NCBI GenBank assembly: GCA_002633005.1
Contig: NMRA01000448.1
Coordinates: forward strand, 1-64,000
From: Phoronis australis
Lineage: Eukaryota; Animalia; Phoronida
DNA: 64,000 nucleotides
Direction: 5' to 3'
The notes beneath the pieces were generated by a model, which searched no databases, had not been told where the DNA came from, and saw only the letters and a list, made by a program, of their open reading frames with translations. A program made the translations under genes and the position numbers. Every line of letters begins with the position of its first letter. Positions within the stretch are counted from its first letter, which is position 1. Shown here piece by piece: positions 1-14,269 of the stretch.

Positions 1-3000
1 CTTTCGCGAATTTCATCCAGTTGTTCTTTTGCAGTCTTTTGGCCAGCAGTTCGGAATTCTTCGAAATTTGGTCCATCGGAATGGTCTTGCTGATCGGTAT
101 TTGTGTTATTCTCGTGAGGCAGTTCAGAGGCATCCTCATAAAAAGATTCGCTGGAAGTTTCGCGTTCTTCCCTGTATGCCATACCAGGGTCAACACGAGA
201 TGACTGTCGACTGAAGGAAGTTGTATTTTCGAAATCAAACGGTTGTTCATCATTCAAATGTGAAGACGTCCGGCTTCTGTATCGTTCACGAGTAGGGCTG
301 TCAGGTGGGGTGTGCCACTGATTTTCATACCTCGTCTCTTGGGTAGATTCATCCAGAATCTCATCCGTGTCTTCAACCTCTTCTTCCTCCGACATTTCTT
401 CACCAGTAAAGTCCTCTGCATCGTCGATAATTTGTTCGTTGAAGCTGTGAGACCGTTTGAAGATGGCCGAAGAGTCACGTGCGACAGTCTCCAGACGGTG
501 AAATCCGTACAAGTCCGTAGCCGGGACAACAATTGCAGGTCTGTCATCACCCACGTTGATTCTATACAACCACATAAATGGGTTCTCACTTTCGCAATCA
601 ACGATGTCGAGAATAATTGCGTATACAAAGGTAGCATCACCGGCTACGTTGTCCTGGACTGTTGGATCATTAAGTTCATACCCAACGTATTCGTCTTGTT
701 CAAAAGCTGCCAAATCTTCCTTCAGAAGATGATGGTCTTCGATAGGAATAAATTCGCCAGGCGGAGCCAACGTGGGCTGTTGATGCGACGTGGAGTGATC
801 CTGTCGAACTCGTAACTTGTCTAATGCTTCTGCAATCTGCTGCGCGGGACATGTCAGTATTGGGCTGATATAGATTATGGCCTCTTGCAGAAGTCCACGC
901 GTCATCCTAGCGACAACCTCGGCCACGTGAACTTGAAGTCCAGCATTCAACGTCATTTCTGACGAGTCCATTATATAGATGCACCATATCTTCTCATCGT
1001 TTTCTTTTATTTTCTTCACAAAACAGTCGCTGCTGCTTTCACTTCCGTCAATTTTTACCCCGTTGTACTTTAGAAAAGTCTTGACAGTCTCCAAGCCAAA
1101 CACGCGAACATTTTTCAACTGGTGCTTAATAGTATTCAGGCGTTTAGAGCTAATCTTTTGACCCTGGTGTTCGTGTCGAATCAGCCTGATTACCGAATCA
1201 CCAAATAAAGGAGACGTCAGTCTATTTCTCAATAGCTGCGAAGTCCCATAAGAAGCTCTCTGCTCTAAACACGAACTATCTAGGCACTCAGTCACTAACG
1301 CTGACAGCATCTGACACTGGAGCCGTTTCGGGAGTTTTTTCAGCAAATCACCATAGAAAACTGCTTTCAGGTTACATTCTTTCAGGTTCACGAGAAACTG
1401 TTTATCAAAACCAACAAGACGAGGAGTGAATGACGGCTCGTCGTTATACACCAAATCCGACGAGGGTAACAGAAAAGCCTTCTCACTTGGAAGATACAGC
1501 ACTTGAACTTCGTGCAAGTTATCGCAGTGCATGTCTAAGCTAGAAAACAACCCATTCACAGCTTTGTAAGCAGCTTTTAGTTCATTTGGTTGAAGTTTAC
1601 TCTCGTTGCAATGGTCATGCAATCCTTGCAGCACCATAGCATACTGTCGGAAAGTGGCACGTGTTGTCGCGCCTAACGTTTCAAACAGAGGGAAAAACTC
1701 TGCCAATTCAGGAGGCGCTCTAAAAAGATATGGCTTAATTTGCTGTTCCTCGTACAGATTGATAACAAGTTGGCATGGTTTCATCAACCGACGACCATCT
1801 TCGGAGATTATGAAGGCTGTTTCGCTTAAGGCTTGGATTGTTTCCTCGTTTTCGTTGACATTAGCTTTCAGAAATGAAAGTATGGCGTTCATCACACTGT
1901 ACACATTGCGGTGTCGTTGGCCATCTAGCGCACGTTCTAATAAGAGCTCGTGAATATGGCAGCATATGTTCGACAAGTGTTCGACAATCTGCACGACTGA
2001 CGGTTGTTCACGAATACTCAAATTATAGACAATCGCCATTTGGTAGTCTTCCAATGAATTGTATGTGTCGGGATCAAAGCTGAGGACGCCTTCCTTTAAA
2101 GATAATGGATCGGCCCATTGGGGTAGCAAATTTACACTAGTCCACACAACCTGTTCGTATTCTTTCTGGTGGCTCACTGCCTCGTTAAAAGCAATGAACG
2201 GAAGAGCGTCACCTTCGCCATTCCCAAATTGGGGGTAAATGTTGGTCCATTTGGAGTCTACTCTGGATGGAGCAATGAATTTGATGTCTTTGATTTGATC
2301 CAGTAGGCCTTCTGTTACCACGTCGTATCTCTTGAATAACTCGAGCACGAGAATTTTTGACTTGTGTCGTAAACTCTGATCTGAAGGATTTTGAACAGCA
2401 TCGTTTTCAATTTCCTTTGCAAAGTTCACAAAATCGTCTAAAGTTACCTCGTGAACCAAACCGAACAACCGAAGAAAGCGAATCCATCGGAACTCATTGT
2501 AGGGATGAGGTGGGAAGGACTCGGGAGATTTCATTGCAGCAAATATCTCATTCTCTGGATCACAAAACTCACTAGCTGTCCTTAAATGACCCGTGACATC
2601 TGGTATGAACTTCAGATGTCTTAGAGCTGAGAGGAGTATGAATTTTTCTTCATCTGTCGCAGATTTGAGACTGGATTCCCTAATATAGCGTATATGTATC
2701 AGTCTTGCTTCGTCACTCATGTATTCTAAGTGTTCAAAAACTAAGTTTGTATACAACTGGGTATCCGTGAGCTCCGAACATCCAAGATGTTCGTAAAGAG
2801 CTTTCAACGACTCATTTCTTTGAAGAAATACTATACTCGACTTGTCCTTCCAAACATCCATTTCTGAGCTTGGAACATGGGGCGGCAACACGAAAACAGT
2901 ACAGCCAGCCAATGAAATCAATTCATTACTTACTGTCAGATAGAACGGCAGTGACATCAGAACTTGAGCAGCAGTGCCACTCGTGCAATGACCTTCCTCA

Positions 3001-6000
3001 ATGCTGTCATTGAAATACTTGAGAATAACGATAGCTTCCTTGGGTTTCAAGACACCATCAATATTACGAATGGACATAGTGCTGCCAAGAGTAGCCAAAA
3101 CTGCAATTGGTTTTGAGAGAGAGGCCGTGATATACTTCGATAAATCAGAAGAACCCGACGTTCGGATACCTCCAGTTCTGTTCTTTTCCAAAATGCCCGC
3201 ATCCAACTCCAAAAGGCCAAGCTTAGAAAGAGCGCTCTGAAGAGGGTGACTAACAACGTCGTTGTAATTGAAATAAATGACACTGCTTGCCACAGAATTT
3301 GGAACGAGCCAGCATTCATATTCGTCCTTTCCATATTTCCCGGGTGTCCTTTGTTCCATCCTGGTCTTTGCAGGTAAAAGGTTCCAATCACCTAGAGACG
3401 TTAGTTTCTGTTTGATTTCATTTCTCTTTGCATCGTCATCACAATCTGTGTCTTCAATGATGACCGTCAGTTGGTTGTACAAAAATGTCCAGACTTTCTG
3501 AATCCACTCAACTGAGGGAAACTTTCCGCTACCCGGGAACCACCGAAAATGTGTTTCTTTGCCAAAATCATCCGATTCAAAGGTAGATTGCGACAGAAGA
3601 TCGCCAAAGACCTTGATATCCATTACAGTAAAACAACGACTCCTGGCAACAATCTCGGGTACAAGCACGTCATGGAGTTCTGAATGAATAAACTTGTCTT
3701 CGCAATCCGGTAAGAGGTCAAAATCTGGCGACAATATTGCACTTCTACTCGCGTCGAAGTGGTAGAGTTTGTTGTCCTGGCAGAGTAACAGAGGTAAACC
3801 ATGCAGGTTTTCAATGAAGTCGTCATCCATAAGGCAGTATTGCAAAACAACCTTCAGACGTTTCGAGTCTTCAAATGGGGTCTCGACTAACGCTACGGGC
3901 AACGTAGGCAGGTCGCAAAGGGGTGTTAGTGATTTGTGAGTTTTGAAAAACATTCTGGCAAACGTTGGCGTCATAACTTTAACCTCCAAACTTAACCGCA
4001 GGAAATTTTCTAACACAAATACTGGAGAATCCAAAATGTTACATCCCGTTGCTATTAAAACGTTTTTAATGATTTCCGCGTGATCCTCGGACATATTTCT
4101 GTGTTCACGAAGACTGCTTTCAATATTGTTGAAAAAACCGATGTCATCACCTCGTCCTTTAGCAGCAAACCATTTTAATTGTACTTCCGATGACTTCATC
4201 AGTCGTACAACTGGAAACAGTCGACACCTGCTATGATGCAACACGTGGTAAAACCGCTCGGCTAAGTACCTCCAATAATCATCATGTATGTCTTTCGGCG
4301 GAAACAACGAGTGGAAATTCCTGAGCGACAGAGTAATGTCCTCGTAAGACCGGCTTAGGATCAACTTGTTTTTCGTCATTGGTGACTCAAGCTCTAAGGC
4401 TCTGAACGTCTCCAGGTGCTTCACATAACAAGGAGCTATTACATTACCAAGCAATGTCATATTCCAGTCTGTTCGGTAACCCCCATTTTCGTCTCGCCAC
4501 AAATTTCGCCTAGCTTCGTGGTCTAATGCAAAGTGTCCGTTGATGTGAACAGGAAGTTCCATGTTTACTGGCAAGGGCAGAAAACAGAAAGGGCGATTCT
4601 GCCGAGTTCTAGAGAAGCCAGAAGTCCCCAACAAACTAGCCACGCCACCTCGTGGTAGTAGCGACAGATCTCCGGAATTAATAGCCATTCGAACTGTTGT
4701 TTGTGCTGTTCCAGAATCGAAGCCAAATCGCTGTGTTACCAGCCACTTCTCCAAGTGCTTTTCAGAATCTCTAACGGAGACGGTGTACGATTTTTCAATC
4801 TTGTTTATTTCGAACAGAGATTTTCGCTTCTGTTTAACGCTATCAATTTCTCTCATTACGTGCTCTTGAAAGTGTTGTTTATTAGCCTTATCCTCAGAAG
4901 ACAACTCGAGTTTCACAGTATACGTCTCAGTCAGTTTCCCTGTACGTAAATCAGTACTGGAAATGCTGATTTGCTCAACACTGTTTAAAAATAGCATGAT
5001 GTCGAACAATTCAGTTTTAAACGTTTGCAGCAGCTTATCTATCACTTCCTGTGAAACATGCGTGTTAGAAATGTTCGATTCGGAAGCCATTTGGCGATCT
5101 CGCAGCGGAAATCGGAACATGGTTGCATTTTCCAAATCAAATAAATCTTGCAAGTAGCTGTCAAAAACGTCCGTAAATACGTGTTTCATGTCTGACAGGT
5201 TGGCGAACATTCGTCCAGGGGAACTGGGCGTGGCACCTGGAACGTAGGTGCAGTGTGGATCAAAAGCACACAAAACCTCTCCGATCTCTTCGCTCATGCT
5301 TATAAAGGAAGGTACGTCAGTCAAGTGGTACACAGCGTTAAAGCCAACACCATATTGCCCCGTCTTCGTGGGATCTTCGCCTTTGCTCCCTTCCCCCAAA
5401 TTTTGGATACCCTCAAGATCAGTTTTTGTAAAAGAGCTGTCATTGTACACACATAGAGCGGGCCCTTGAAGTGGTTTCCAGCAGTCCTCAAAAATCTTTT
5501 TTGTTCCATGGTATCTGAAATCTTTTACAAAATGAATCTTGGTAGCCTTTGCGTCATCAGCATTTTGCAGTAACTCCTTGAGAACTTCCTTTCCGCAAGG
5601 ATATCCCGTTAAGATTCTTTTCAAACGCTTGGTAAGCCTCTCTTTCTGTCCGAATGGGATGCCAATTGAATTGCGTTTCAGGGAGTCCTGACGTTTTGTG
5701 TTGACTCCGAGTGCTTTGGCGTCGGCGTAAGGTATTGACTGGTGGACAAACGTCATAGTGCTGTCGTCAGGTAACCACGGGCAATCGTTAAAGCACAGTT
5801 CAGTTGATGGAACCATAAACCCGTCTGATGATAGTAAGAATATCGTACCATGTCGTTCTTGTATAGCTTCAAAATCATGGGGCGAAGTTTCAACAGCCTT
5901 ACTTAGATGCCGGGATATGTTTATCACAACTTCTCTCTCTTTGTTTTGTAACTGTTTCTCTCTGAATCGTGTTTCAATGGTAGCCAATGTTTCAACGAAG

Positions 6001-9000
6001 TCACTAATTTCAAAGTGACTCNTCAGTTTTAAACGTTTGCAGCAGCTTATCTATCACTTCCTGTGAAACATGCGTGTTAGAAATGTTCGATTCGGAAGCC
6101 ATTTGGCGATCTCGCAGAGGAAATCGGAACATGGTTGCATTTTCCAAATCAAACAAATCTTGCAAGTAGCTGTCAAAAACGTCCGTAAATACGTGTTTCA
6201 TGTCTGACAGGTTGGCGAACATTCGTCCAGGGGAACTGGGCGTGGCACCTGGAACGTAGGTGCAGTGTGGATCAAAAGCACACAAAACCTCTCCGATCTC
6301 TTCGCCCATGCTTATAAAGGAAGGTACGTCAGTCAAGTGGTACACAGCGTTAAAGCCAACACCATATTGCCCCGTCTTCGTGGGATCTTCGCCTTTGCTC
6401 CCTTCCCCCAAATTTTGGATACCCTCAAGATCAATTTTTGTAAAAGAGCTGTCATTGTACACACATAGAGCGGGCCCTTGAAGTGGTTTCCAGCAGTCCT
6501 CAAAAATCTTTTTTATTCCATGGTATCTGAAATCTTTTACAAAATGAATCTTCGTGGCCTTTGCGTCATCAGCATTTTGCAGTAACTCCTTGAGAACTTC
6601 CTTTCCGCAAGGATATCCCGTTAAGATTCTTTTCAAACGCTTGGTAAGCCTCTCTTTCTGTCCGAATGGGATGCCAATTGAATTGCGTTTCAGGGAGTCC
6701 TGACGTTTTGTGTTGACTCCGAGTGCTTTGGCGTCGGCGTAAGGTATTGACTGGTGGACAAACGTCATAGTGCTGTCGTCAGGTAACCACGGGCAATCGT
6801 TAAAGCACAGCTCAGTTGATGGAACCATAAACCCGTCTGATGATAGTAAGAATATCGTACCATGTTGTTCTTGTATAGCTTCAAAATCATGGGGCGAAGT
6901 TTCAACAGCCTTACTTAGATACCGGGATATGTTTATCACAACTTCTCTCTCTTTGTTTTGTAACTGTTTCTCTCTGAATCGTGTTTCAATGGTAGCCAAT
7001 GTTTCAACGAAGTCACTAATTTCAAAGTGACTCTTCACTCCAGCAGCTTTCAGTAAAAATTCGAACGTTTGAAATTCGTAAGGAAGCTCGTTTAGGTAAG
7101 GGGAGCAATCAGAAGGAGACGACAAGGCAGTTTTATGAGGGAAAACAAATCGATTATCGACAAAGACAGATTCACAATTTGTCATTCGTTCTACGATTGC
7201 AGGTGTGCTGCTTGGATTATGTAGACAGAAGTCTTGTAGGAATTTATAAACTGTACTGCATGCTCTTTTGATCTCTGGGTAGTTTTCTATACTTGTTTCC
7301 GCCAATGAGAGTTGGGCACAGCGTATCTGTTCCATCGTTTCTTCAATAGACACGATCTTACCATCCAGACGAAGAAACGATCTAACACTATCTGTTAAAA
7401 TGCTGGGTTCGAGGTCAACAATTGGTCGAGAACAACATACCAAGTACATTAGCTCGGGAGAGTACGCGTCATTCGGTGATATTGTTGGAGTGTAGTTCCA
7501 GCCAGCCCATTTAAGAGGCATACTTGGGGGCTTTCTCATAGTTGGGAGAAATTTTGTTTCAGCCAACGAATCTGAAATGTCACTTAAGTCGCTATTTTCT
7601 CTCAGGCGTCTGTCGAGTAGCTTCAACAAAGCTTTGCATCTCAAGGAAGATGCATTCATATCTTGCGTGGAACAAGTTTCGATGGACTGTGCTCGTTCGA
7701 GAAAATCTTCATTTGTTATGTCATCGCTTTGCATCCCCAAATTCACAAGCCTCAGGAGACGCTCTGGGGTAGAAAAGCTTTCGTTGAACGGAAAGCGGCC
7801 ATCGACCTCCGAGTACATGTTGGCGACTTTTCCGTGTGGATTGATTAATTCGCGAATGAGCTTTAATTTCTCGCCATCAGGGGTCACCGGAACACATGCA
7901 TAGGATTTAAGTAGATCATCCAATGAATGGCTTGCGTCATCAAGAGCAAACTTCACGAGCGTGTCCCTCATGTCGGCAGTAACCTTCGATAAATTAGGGA
8001 AGAATATCTCGGAGTAAAAACGTTCTGCGGAGTACGTTTTGGAAAAAAGTAGACCTGAGTCGCAGGATTCTCCCATGACGTCATAGTAGCCAGGCGGTAT
8101 ATTGATGGCAACCAGACCGTTCGAGTTTAGAACCAAGTTTAACACTGCTAAGACATTGTCTGCTATCGCCGCATTAGACAAGTCAGGATGAAGAAAAACG
8201 GAATCCCTAACAGAAACCCAGTTCCCTTCATGCTTAAAAACCTCAAGATTCAATTCTTCGCTGCAGACTTTACGATAAAACGACTGAACAATTAGCTTAC
8301 TAATCAAATCGCTATGCGATACTGGCCACAACGAATGGAAGTAGTATTCGCTTTCATCAGCGATAGCTTTCAGGTCACAGAGTAGACTTACAAACGCCTT
8401 GCTTACTGCGTCCTCAATCAAGGCTTCGTTCCAATCAGCTTTATAGTCGCGCTTGTCGTCTCTTAGCCGTTGACAAATTTGTCGTCTGTTTGATGTTACT
8501 GCAAAGGCACCATTTACATGAACTGCGACACCACTACTTATTGGGAGTGGCAAGAAACAAAACACGGATCCACATGCGCTTAACCGACCACCAGTTCGTC
8601 CACTTTCAAGAAAAATCTTGCCCCCAGAGCCTTGAAAGACCCTAACAGCAACACCTGCTGCGGGTATCAAAGCATCGTCATGTTGCACCATCTCCAAAGT
8701 CTTTCCATCGCCCATTACCGATGACACCAACCATAGTTGCTTTCCTACGTTTACCACATTACTGTGGAAGAAATCTTTGCAACTGGCTGTTGCCATCGTG
8801 CTCATTTGCAATATGACGCTACATTCAGCCGTCAACATTCCCTCGTTTAATGTACCTTGGTGCTTCAAGAGACCAGAACAGGCTTTGAGAGTGTTGCACT
8901 GACGATGGAATTCTTGCTGGTCTTCGGGGAGTTTACGAACAACGTCCGAAAGGCTGACGGGAATGTTGTGTCGCTTCAGAATGGAAAAGGGAGATTTAGT

Positions 9001-9669
9001 TGCTGAAAACAGAAGCTGGGCATCCTGGGGATTTCTGGAACGTGCAGACAAATGGAAGGCACTAACCTTGACAACATTCTGTGTGAATAGTAGCAACGAG
9101 TCTATGCCTCTAGCTAAGATTTCCAGAAGCTCAACAACATTCTTTTTGTCATAGTATAAGCTACTGATGTCACTTTTCAGAGCTTGTTCTTTCGTTCGTA
9201 ATGGAAATCGGAAGAGGGTTCCGTCGAAGGATGCAGAAACGTCAGTTGTTCGTAGTTGTACGTTGCAACCAAAAACTCCCTGGAATGGTCTGAACTGATT
9301 CCCTAAGCTTGTAAGACACCGCTTGTTCTTCACCATGTCAATCTTAATGCCTGGCTTTGTTGCATCGCTGATACCTTTGCCAAGGTGGTACATGTGTGGG
9401 TCAAAGATAACCAGGTAATGTCGACTTAGAAAACTGGGAACGTCAGTTAAATTGTACACTGCATTGAATCCCAAACCAAAACCTCCAATTTTCTCTGTTT
9501 CTTTTTCTTTAGTGGCACCGCTAAGTTTGATGATGTTCTCGAAGTCTGTATCAGTGAACACTCCGTTATTGTATACCCATAGCGCTGGACCCTGGCACTC
9601 ACGCATCCCCTCGTCTATGAGACACGTTAAATAATCTTCGTTTGCGCGTTCATCGTATAAGAATCGAAC
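1..9669 (-). CDS. SACS: Sacsin-like protein, giant 3' exon (partial; runs off the window before the expected DnaJ/HEPN domains)
   Basis: Acceptor TTCTTTAG|GTT at 9670/9669. Encodes the SRR2 motifs QGPALWVYNN, GFGLGFNAVYNLTDVPS and GTLFRFPLR, the SRR3 motifs FGQKERLT..LKELLQNADDA and GQYGVGFNAVYHLTDVPS, and the late PPGEFIP..EYVGYE block. The frame is consistent to base 1 once the 1,012-nt duplicate plus N (5011-6022) is collapsed. The lower part is missing from the ORF track, consistent with no stop before the window edge. Confidence 0.95.
5011..7033. repeat. 1,011-bp tandem duplication around a single N (probable assembly artefact)
   Basis: 5011-6021 matches 6023-7033 at offset 1012, with about 10 substitutions seen by eye; N at 6022. 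Confidence 0.95.
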
Positions 9670-10083
9670 CTAAAGAAGAAATCAATTTTGATAATGATAA
9701 GGCAACAAACGCTAAAGGATGCATCTAGTGTTAAGGGGTAAAATTATACAAGTTTTTACCACAGCGTAGACCCATATGGAGAGGCGCCCAGTACGTAACG
9801 TGGCTTTGAACTTTTATTGTGGCCATCAATTTGTCACTTCCGTTAACCTCACAGCTTCCCAAGGTGTCCGTCTGGTAGCCATCAGAAATTCTCCGCCACC
9901 CATGAAGAAAAGTTGAATGTATTAAAAAATTCCCGCGCTGCTAAGTTATTTTATTACTTGTTTGGTAATGAAATGGTGTTTTTAGGCTACTCAGGGTTGC
10001 ATCGCTACCAGTCGCGAGCATCCTTGGTTTCACACATATCAAAACTAGTATAGACGATCTGCATAACGCTTAATCGTCGTGAG

Positions 10084-10125
10084 AGACCGTCCCGAGTTGG
10101 TATGTGGTGCAACTCGGGACGGTCT
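10084..10125. repeat. Perfect inverted repeat, 16-bp stem and 10-nt loop
   Basis: agaccgtcccgagttg-gtatgtggtg-caactcgggacggtct. Confidence 0.9.
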
Positions 10126-11191
10126 GGGGTTTACAGAAAACCATTGTTCAACTGTGAGTCTACACCAATGTGATAAACGAGAGTAGTTCTACTTGCTGCG
10201 TCAGCTGCTGGTATGCTTATCGGCTTTTATGACACACAATGTGCGACTGGGCAAAGCGTTTTCAAAATAATGTGGATAAATCAGTGGAGTGTGAAACCCC
10301 TGAGGTCCCTGTCAAGTCCTCACGGCAATTTTACGTTATGGTTTGCCGCGTTCTTATAGAATTTTTAAAGACGTCTGATCACAAGGCAGGTCATTCACTA
10401 GAAATGATCGTCCACAAAGGCATCTCATCTCATCTCACGAGTAATAAGCATAAACCAACCTCGCCAACAAGCCTCAAGATGGTGCTGATCCTTTTAGACA
10501 TTCAGGCTAGGGGAAATGTACGAAATGCAAACTGTACAGTTTCACGTTCAACCACCATAGACTAAGAAATCCTTACCCCAAATTACACCATTGCAATGTC
10601 GCTCTGTCGGCTTATTTGGGAAAAGGCGATAAGAAGTCAGATTCACGTGTGATTTTGTTCAGACGGCGAATCAGTTGTGGTAACTGCCTTTTGAACTTAC
10701 AGCAATGCACATTATGCAAGAGTTGGCCTCAGTTCTGTTGACATTGTTGAAAAACAAAATTTGAGAAGAAACTAGCCCGAATCCCACACAAGACGTAAAT
10801 GTGACAAAGTGTAAAGAAACGAGAACCTGGGACGAGTTACAAAATGACGTAGAGCAGTATCCGTCTGCATTATTACTTTCGAGACTGTCTGGGTGATTAC
10901 GTAAAATGTCGGTCCTCCCTTGCGGCAGTGTTCAGCTTGATGAAGGTTGCGGTGTTAATTATACTTTTTACATGAAAATCACTAGCCAATTTTAATTTGT
11001 GTTTCAAGTCTCGGTCCCTTTACGTGGTTCCAAAATCTAGTATTACATCCCCAGCAAAGAAACATTTGAAGAGGACTAGTGACACACGAGGGAGCTGCAC
11101 ACAGGCCATTGACCGTGTGGCCAGTACGCTGCTGGGAATAAAACAAACTTTTAAAAAAACATGATATAAGTGAACAAACGAAAGAAATTAC

Positions 11192-11260
11192 CTCCGTGGC
11201 ACCAGCGTCATCAGCGTTTTGAATTAATTCTTTGGGCACGGCGAATCCGTCTTTGTAATC
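11192..11260 (-). CDS. SACS: Sacsin exon (69 nt), start of SRR2 GHKL-like motif
   Basis: TGCAG|DYKDGFAVPKELIQNADDAGATE|GTAAT, phase 0/0, joins both neighbouring exons in frame. Confidence 0.93.
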
Positions 11261-11993
11261 CTGCACATTCAACAAAAGACTCGGCTCTAGTATAACCACT
11301 AAACAGGAAACTATAACTTTAATTATAATACTGATATTCATACAAATACTTCTCTCACGATCGCAACTGATTAAAAGTCACGTATATAAGTGGAATTTTA
11401 TGACACGGTAGACCATACTCTTAGCCGTCTAACAAATCACAGTAACTGGATGCATTACATTTGGCACTTAAAAAAGGTAACCAAACCCGTTTTTGCTAAC
11501 AAATATTAACGACAACTATCTCTCTAACACAAAATAATGCTCTGTAACCTCAAAATTCTAGACCACATCTTGAAAACTCCTCATAAATTCTGCTATACGA
11601 GCAAGCGTGACGTACACTATTGGGGAGTTAAACAACAACTATTGGGAAAGACCCCCAGAAATAACCATGACCTTGCTTTTGTCACTTAGGTGAGACGTCA
11701 GTGGTGCATTACTTAGCACGGAACTAGGATTGGTTGAAGTCACTAATGGAATCCTTTTACTAGGTCATATATTTTGAAACAAATTTTAAATGTGGATTGT
11801 CAACCAACGAAACGATATATGTTTTGACTCCAGATTCTGAGGAACGTATTCTCGGGACAAAAACAGACACATGGTTGTCATGAGACCCGTGAGATTTTAA
11901 ATGCGATTTTTAACGGAGAACGCTTTATTTTCACAGAGTAGTAAGAATATTCTATGAGCTTAGCGAATACTAGTGGTTGTATAATTAACTCAC

Positions 11994-14269
11994 CTCAAGT
12001 AATCGGTGCAACCGCGTTGTCAGTGGCTCTGACTGACCAAAGCTCTCTCCAATTTCAAAAGCGTCTGTGTCAAGCATTCTACTCATGAGAGAAGGTACCC
12101 CCAGATTCTCTGCCACCTGGTTCGGAATAGCTTGGTGCACAAACAGGACTTGACTCTCACCAGCGCCGTGGTGTCGTTCTTTGAGCCATTCGGCGTCACA
12201 ATATGTACAGTCAGCAATCAGTGCTAATTCAAGTCGAGTGTCCGACTCGATATGCACCGGAAGAAGAAGTCGTTCAAGTGTGTCACTCATTAACTCATCG
12301 GCTTCTGTACCCAGCTTGTTAACAATCGATGACGCGATGTGCAGATCGCGACTAACTTCATCTTTTGGATGTTTTAGACGCGAAGAGTCGTATTTGTGTT
12401 TAATGGACTGCAGTATGCGTACATTAGTTTCTAGTTTCAAGTACTCGTGCACCCCACTTGCCTGGAAGAGCTCAACATTTGATTCACTCTCAGGGGGTAG
12501 CGAATACAAGTAAGGACGGAGATCAATAAATGCAGGTTGAATGACTACGTCCTCAGTTAATGCAAATCCATCGCCATGCCAAATCCAACGAAAAGTGTCA
12601 TCAGACAGAATCTTCGCTACCAAATTTTTATCCATTTGAGCAAGTGCATCGTAGATATCTCCAACAATAACCATGAATGCAGCCTTTTCATTCGATGAGT
12701 ACGATTCAACTACGTTCTTCAAGTGACCGATAATATCAGATACATCCGGTTGTGTGTCCCAACCAAACGTAGAATGCAGATGCTCAAATGTTTTATTCGC
12801 TATCACCGGAAGAACTGAACCAACTATGGAGGCATAGGAATCACTCTTTATGGCAACTGGCTTCTCAGTTTGAATGTCACCCTTATACCACTTCAGACTT
12901 TTAGGATATCCGCTAGGCGGCACGTCCTCTTTAACCACCCAGCTAATATCACAAAGCCGGTCACGAAGACATCGGGCATCGACATTTTCGTCCACCAAGT
13001 TCACTTTATTGCACAAAACTCCTCCTAAAGCGGTAGACTTTTCAACAACTGCAGCAAATAAAGACTTTTGGCTTCTGGCTTTCGACGCCATCGCTTGTAT
13101 GCGCACAGCGGTGGTGAGTACGTCCGTCGCACTTACGTCGTCCAGACTTTTGAGACCAATGGATCTCAGAGAGATTAAGATTTGTGGCTTGCAAAATTCT
13201 GCATTAGGAAAAACTTCCTCTTCTTTGAAAAGTGCTTGTAGGATTGAATTGTCGGGATCAAATACCTCATTCGAACATACTATTTTGCCATCATTTCGCT
13301 GTACAAAAGCAATGTCGCGCATGTGTTCACCGAAATCTGGATCCTCTTGTTGATACTGAGAGAAGTTGCTTAACACCTTGAGCAATGTTTTGGAAACCTC
13401 GTCTTCTCCTAGTACATCACCTGTTTTGATAACGGGGAAGACAATTTCTTTGTAGTACTTTGCCATCGTCAACAACCTTCCGTCTAGAAGTTCCAATAAA
13501 GCGTTAGCATCAGGTTCAGAAACGTCAATAAGATTGACGCCTGATGGAAGTACCTTAACCTCTCTTGGTGCCCCAATACATATATCTTTCAGGCGACTGA
13601 ACTGTTGTGGCTTGGACGTCGTGGGAACGGTCACGAACAAAGACAAACTCTTCAGCACATTAATCGTTCCCTCGGTTAGGTCACCCTGCGTTGCACGGGA
13701 CAGGAATTTGCGTAGCCCTTTTCGTCCATTTGGATCGATCTTACATAACATAGTATCGTTCAAATGATCAATGTTCGTGCTTTCTGCAAGCCGCTCCAAG
13801 ACCGTCAGCACAGAGGTAACACTAGGTGGTAAAATATACTCGTGAAGTAATGACGATATCTCCTTCAGATAATCAGGCAATGATTCCACAACGATGGCTC
13901 CCAGATTTCGCAATATATCCGCAATTTCAGGCTCTATTATGGCTCCTTCTGTAATACGCAAAATTTTTGGGGAGTCAGTTTTCAGACGTGTTATTCGACG
14001 TTTCCCATCCCTTGTGTACGGAACTAGATGAAAGTCCTCGAGTCTCGTCAGGCACTCTGAAAAGTTTTCCTTAGCATATGTCCAGAATGTCTCCAGCCAA
14101 TCCGAAGGCGGATGATCTCCTTTGATCTCAGGAGTCCAGAAGGCGACCTGTTTACCTGCCCACTCCTTCGGGTACATCTCGGGCATCAGTTTAACCAGGC
14201 TATCTCTGTCAAACTCTCGGATTTGGGTTGATTCTGCAATAGAAAATCCCAATTCCTTATCGTTTGTAT
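11994..14269 (-). CDS. SACS: Sacsin exon (2,276 nt)
   Basis: Within ORF 11985-14291. Acceptor ACACTAG|AT, donor GAG|GTGAGT. Ends with the sacsin motif FGQSEPLTTRLHRLLE. Confidence 0.93.

Noticed and set aside
6010-6022. Apparent sacsin stop or frameshift (pseudogene)
   Set aside because: It is caused by the N at the duplicated junction; the frame is restored when one copy is collapsed.
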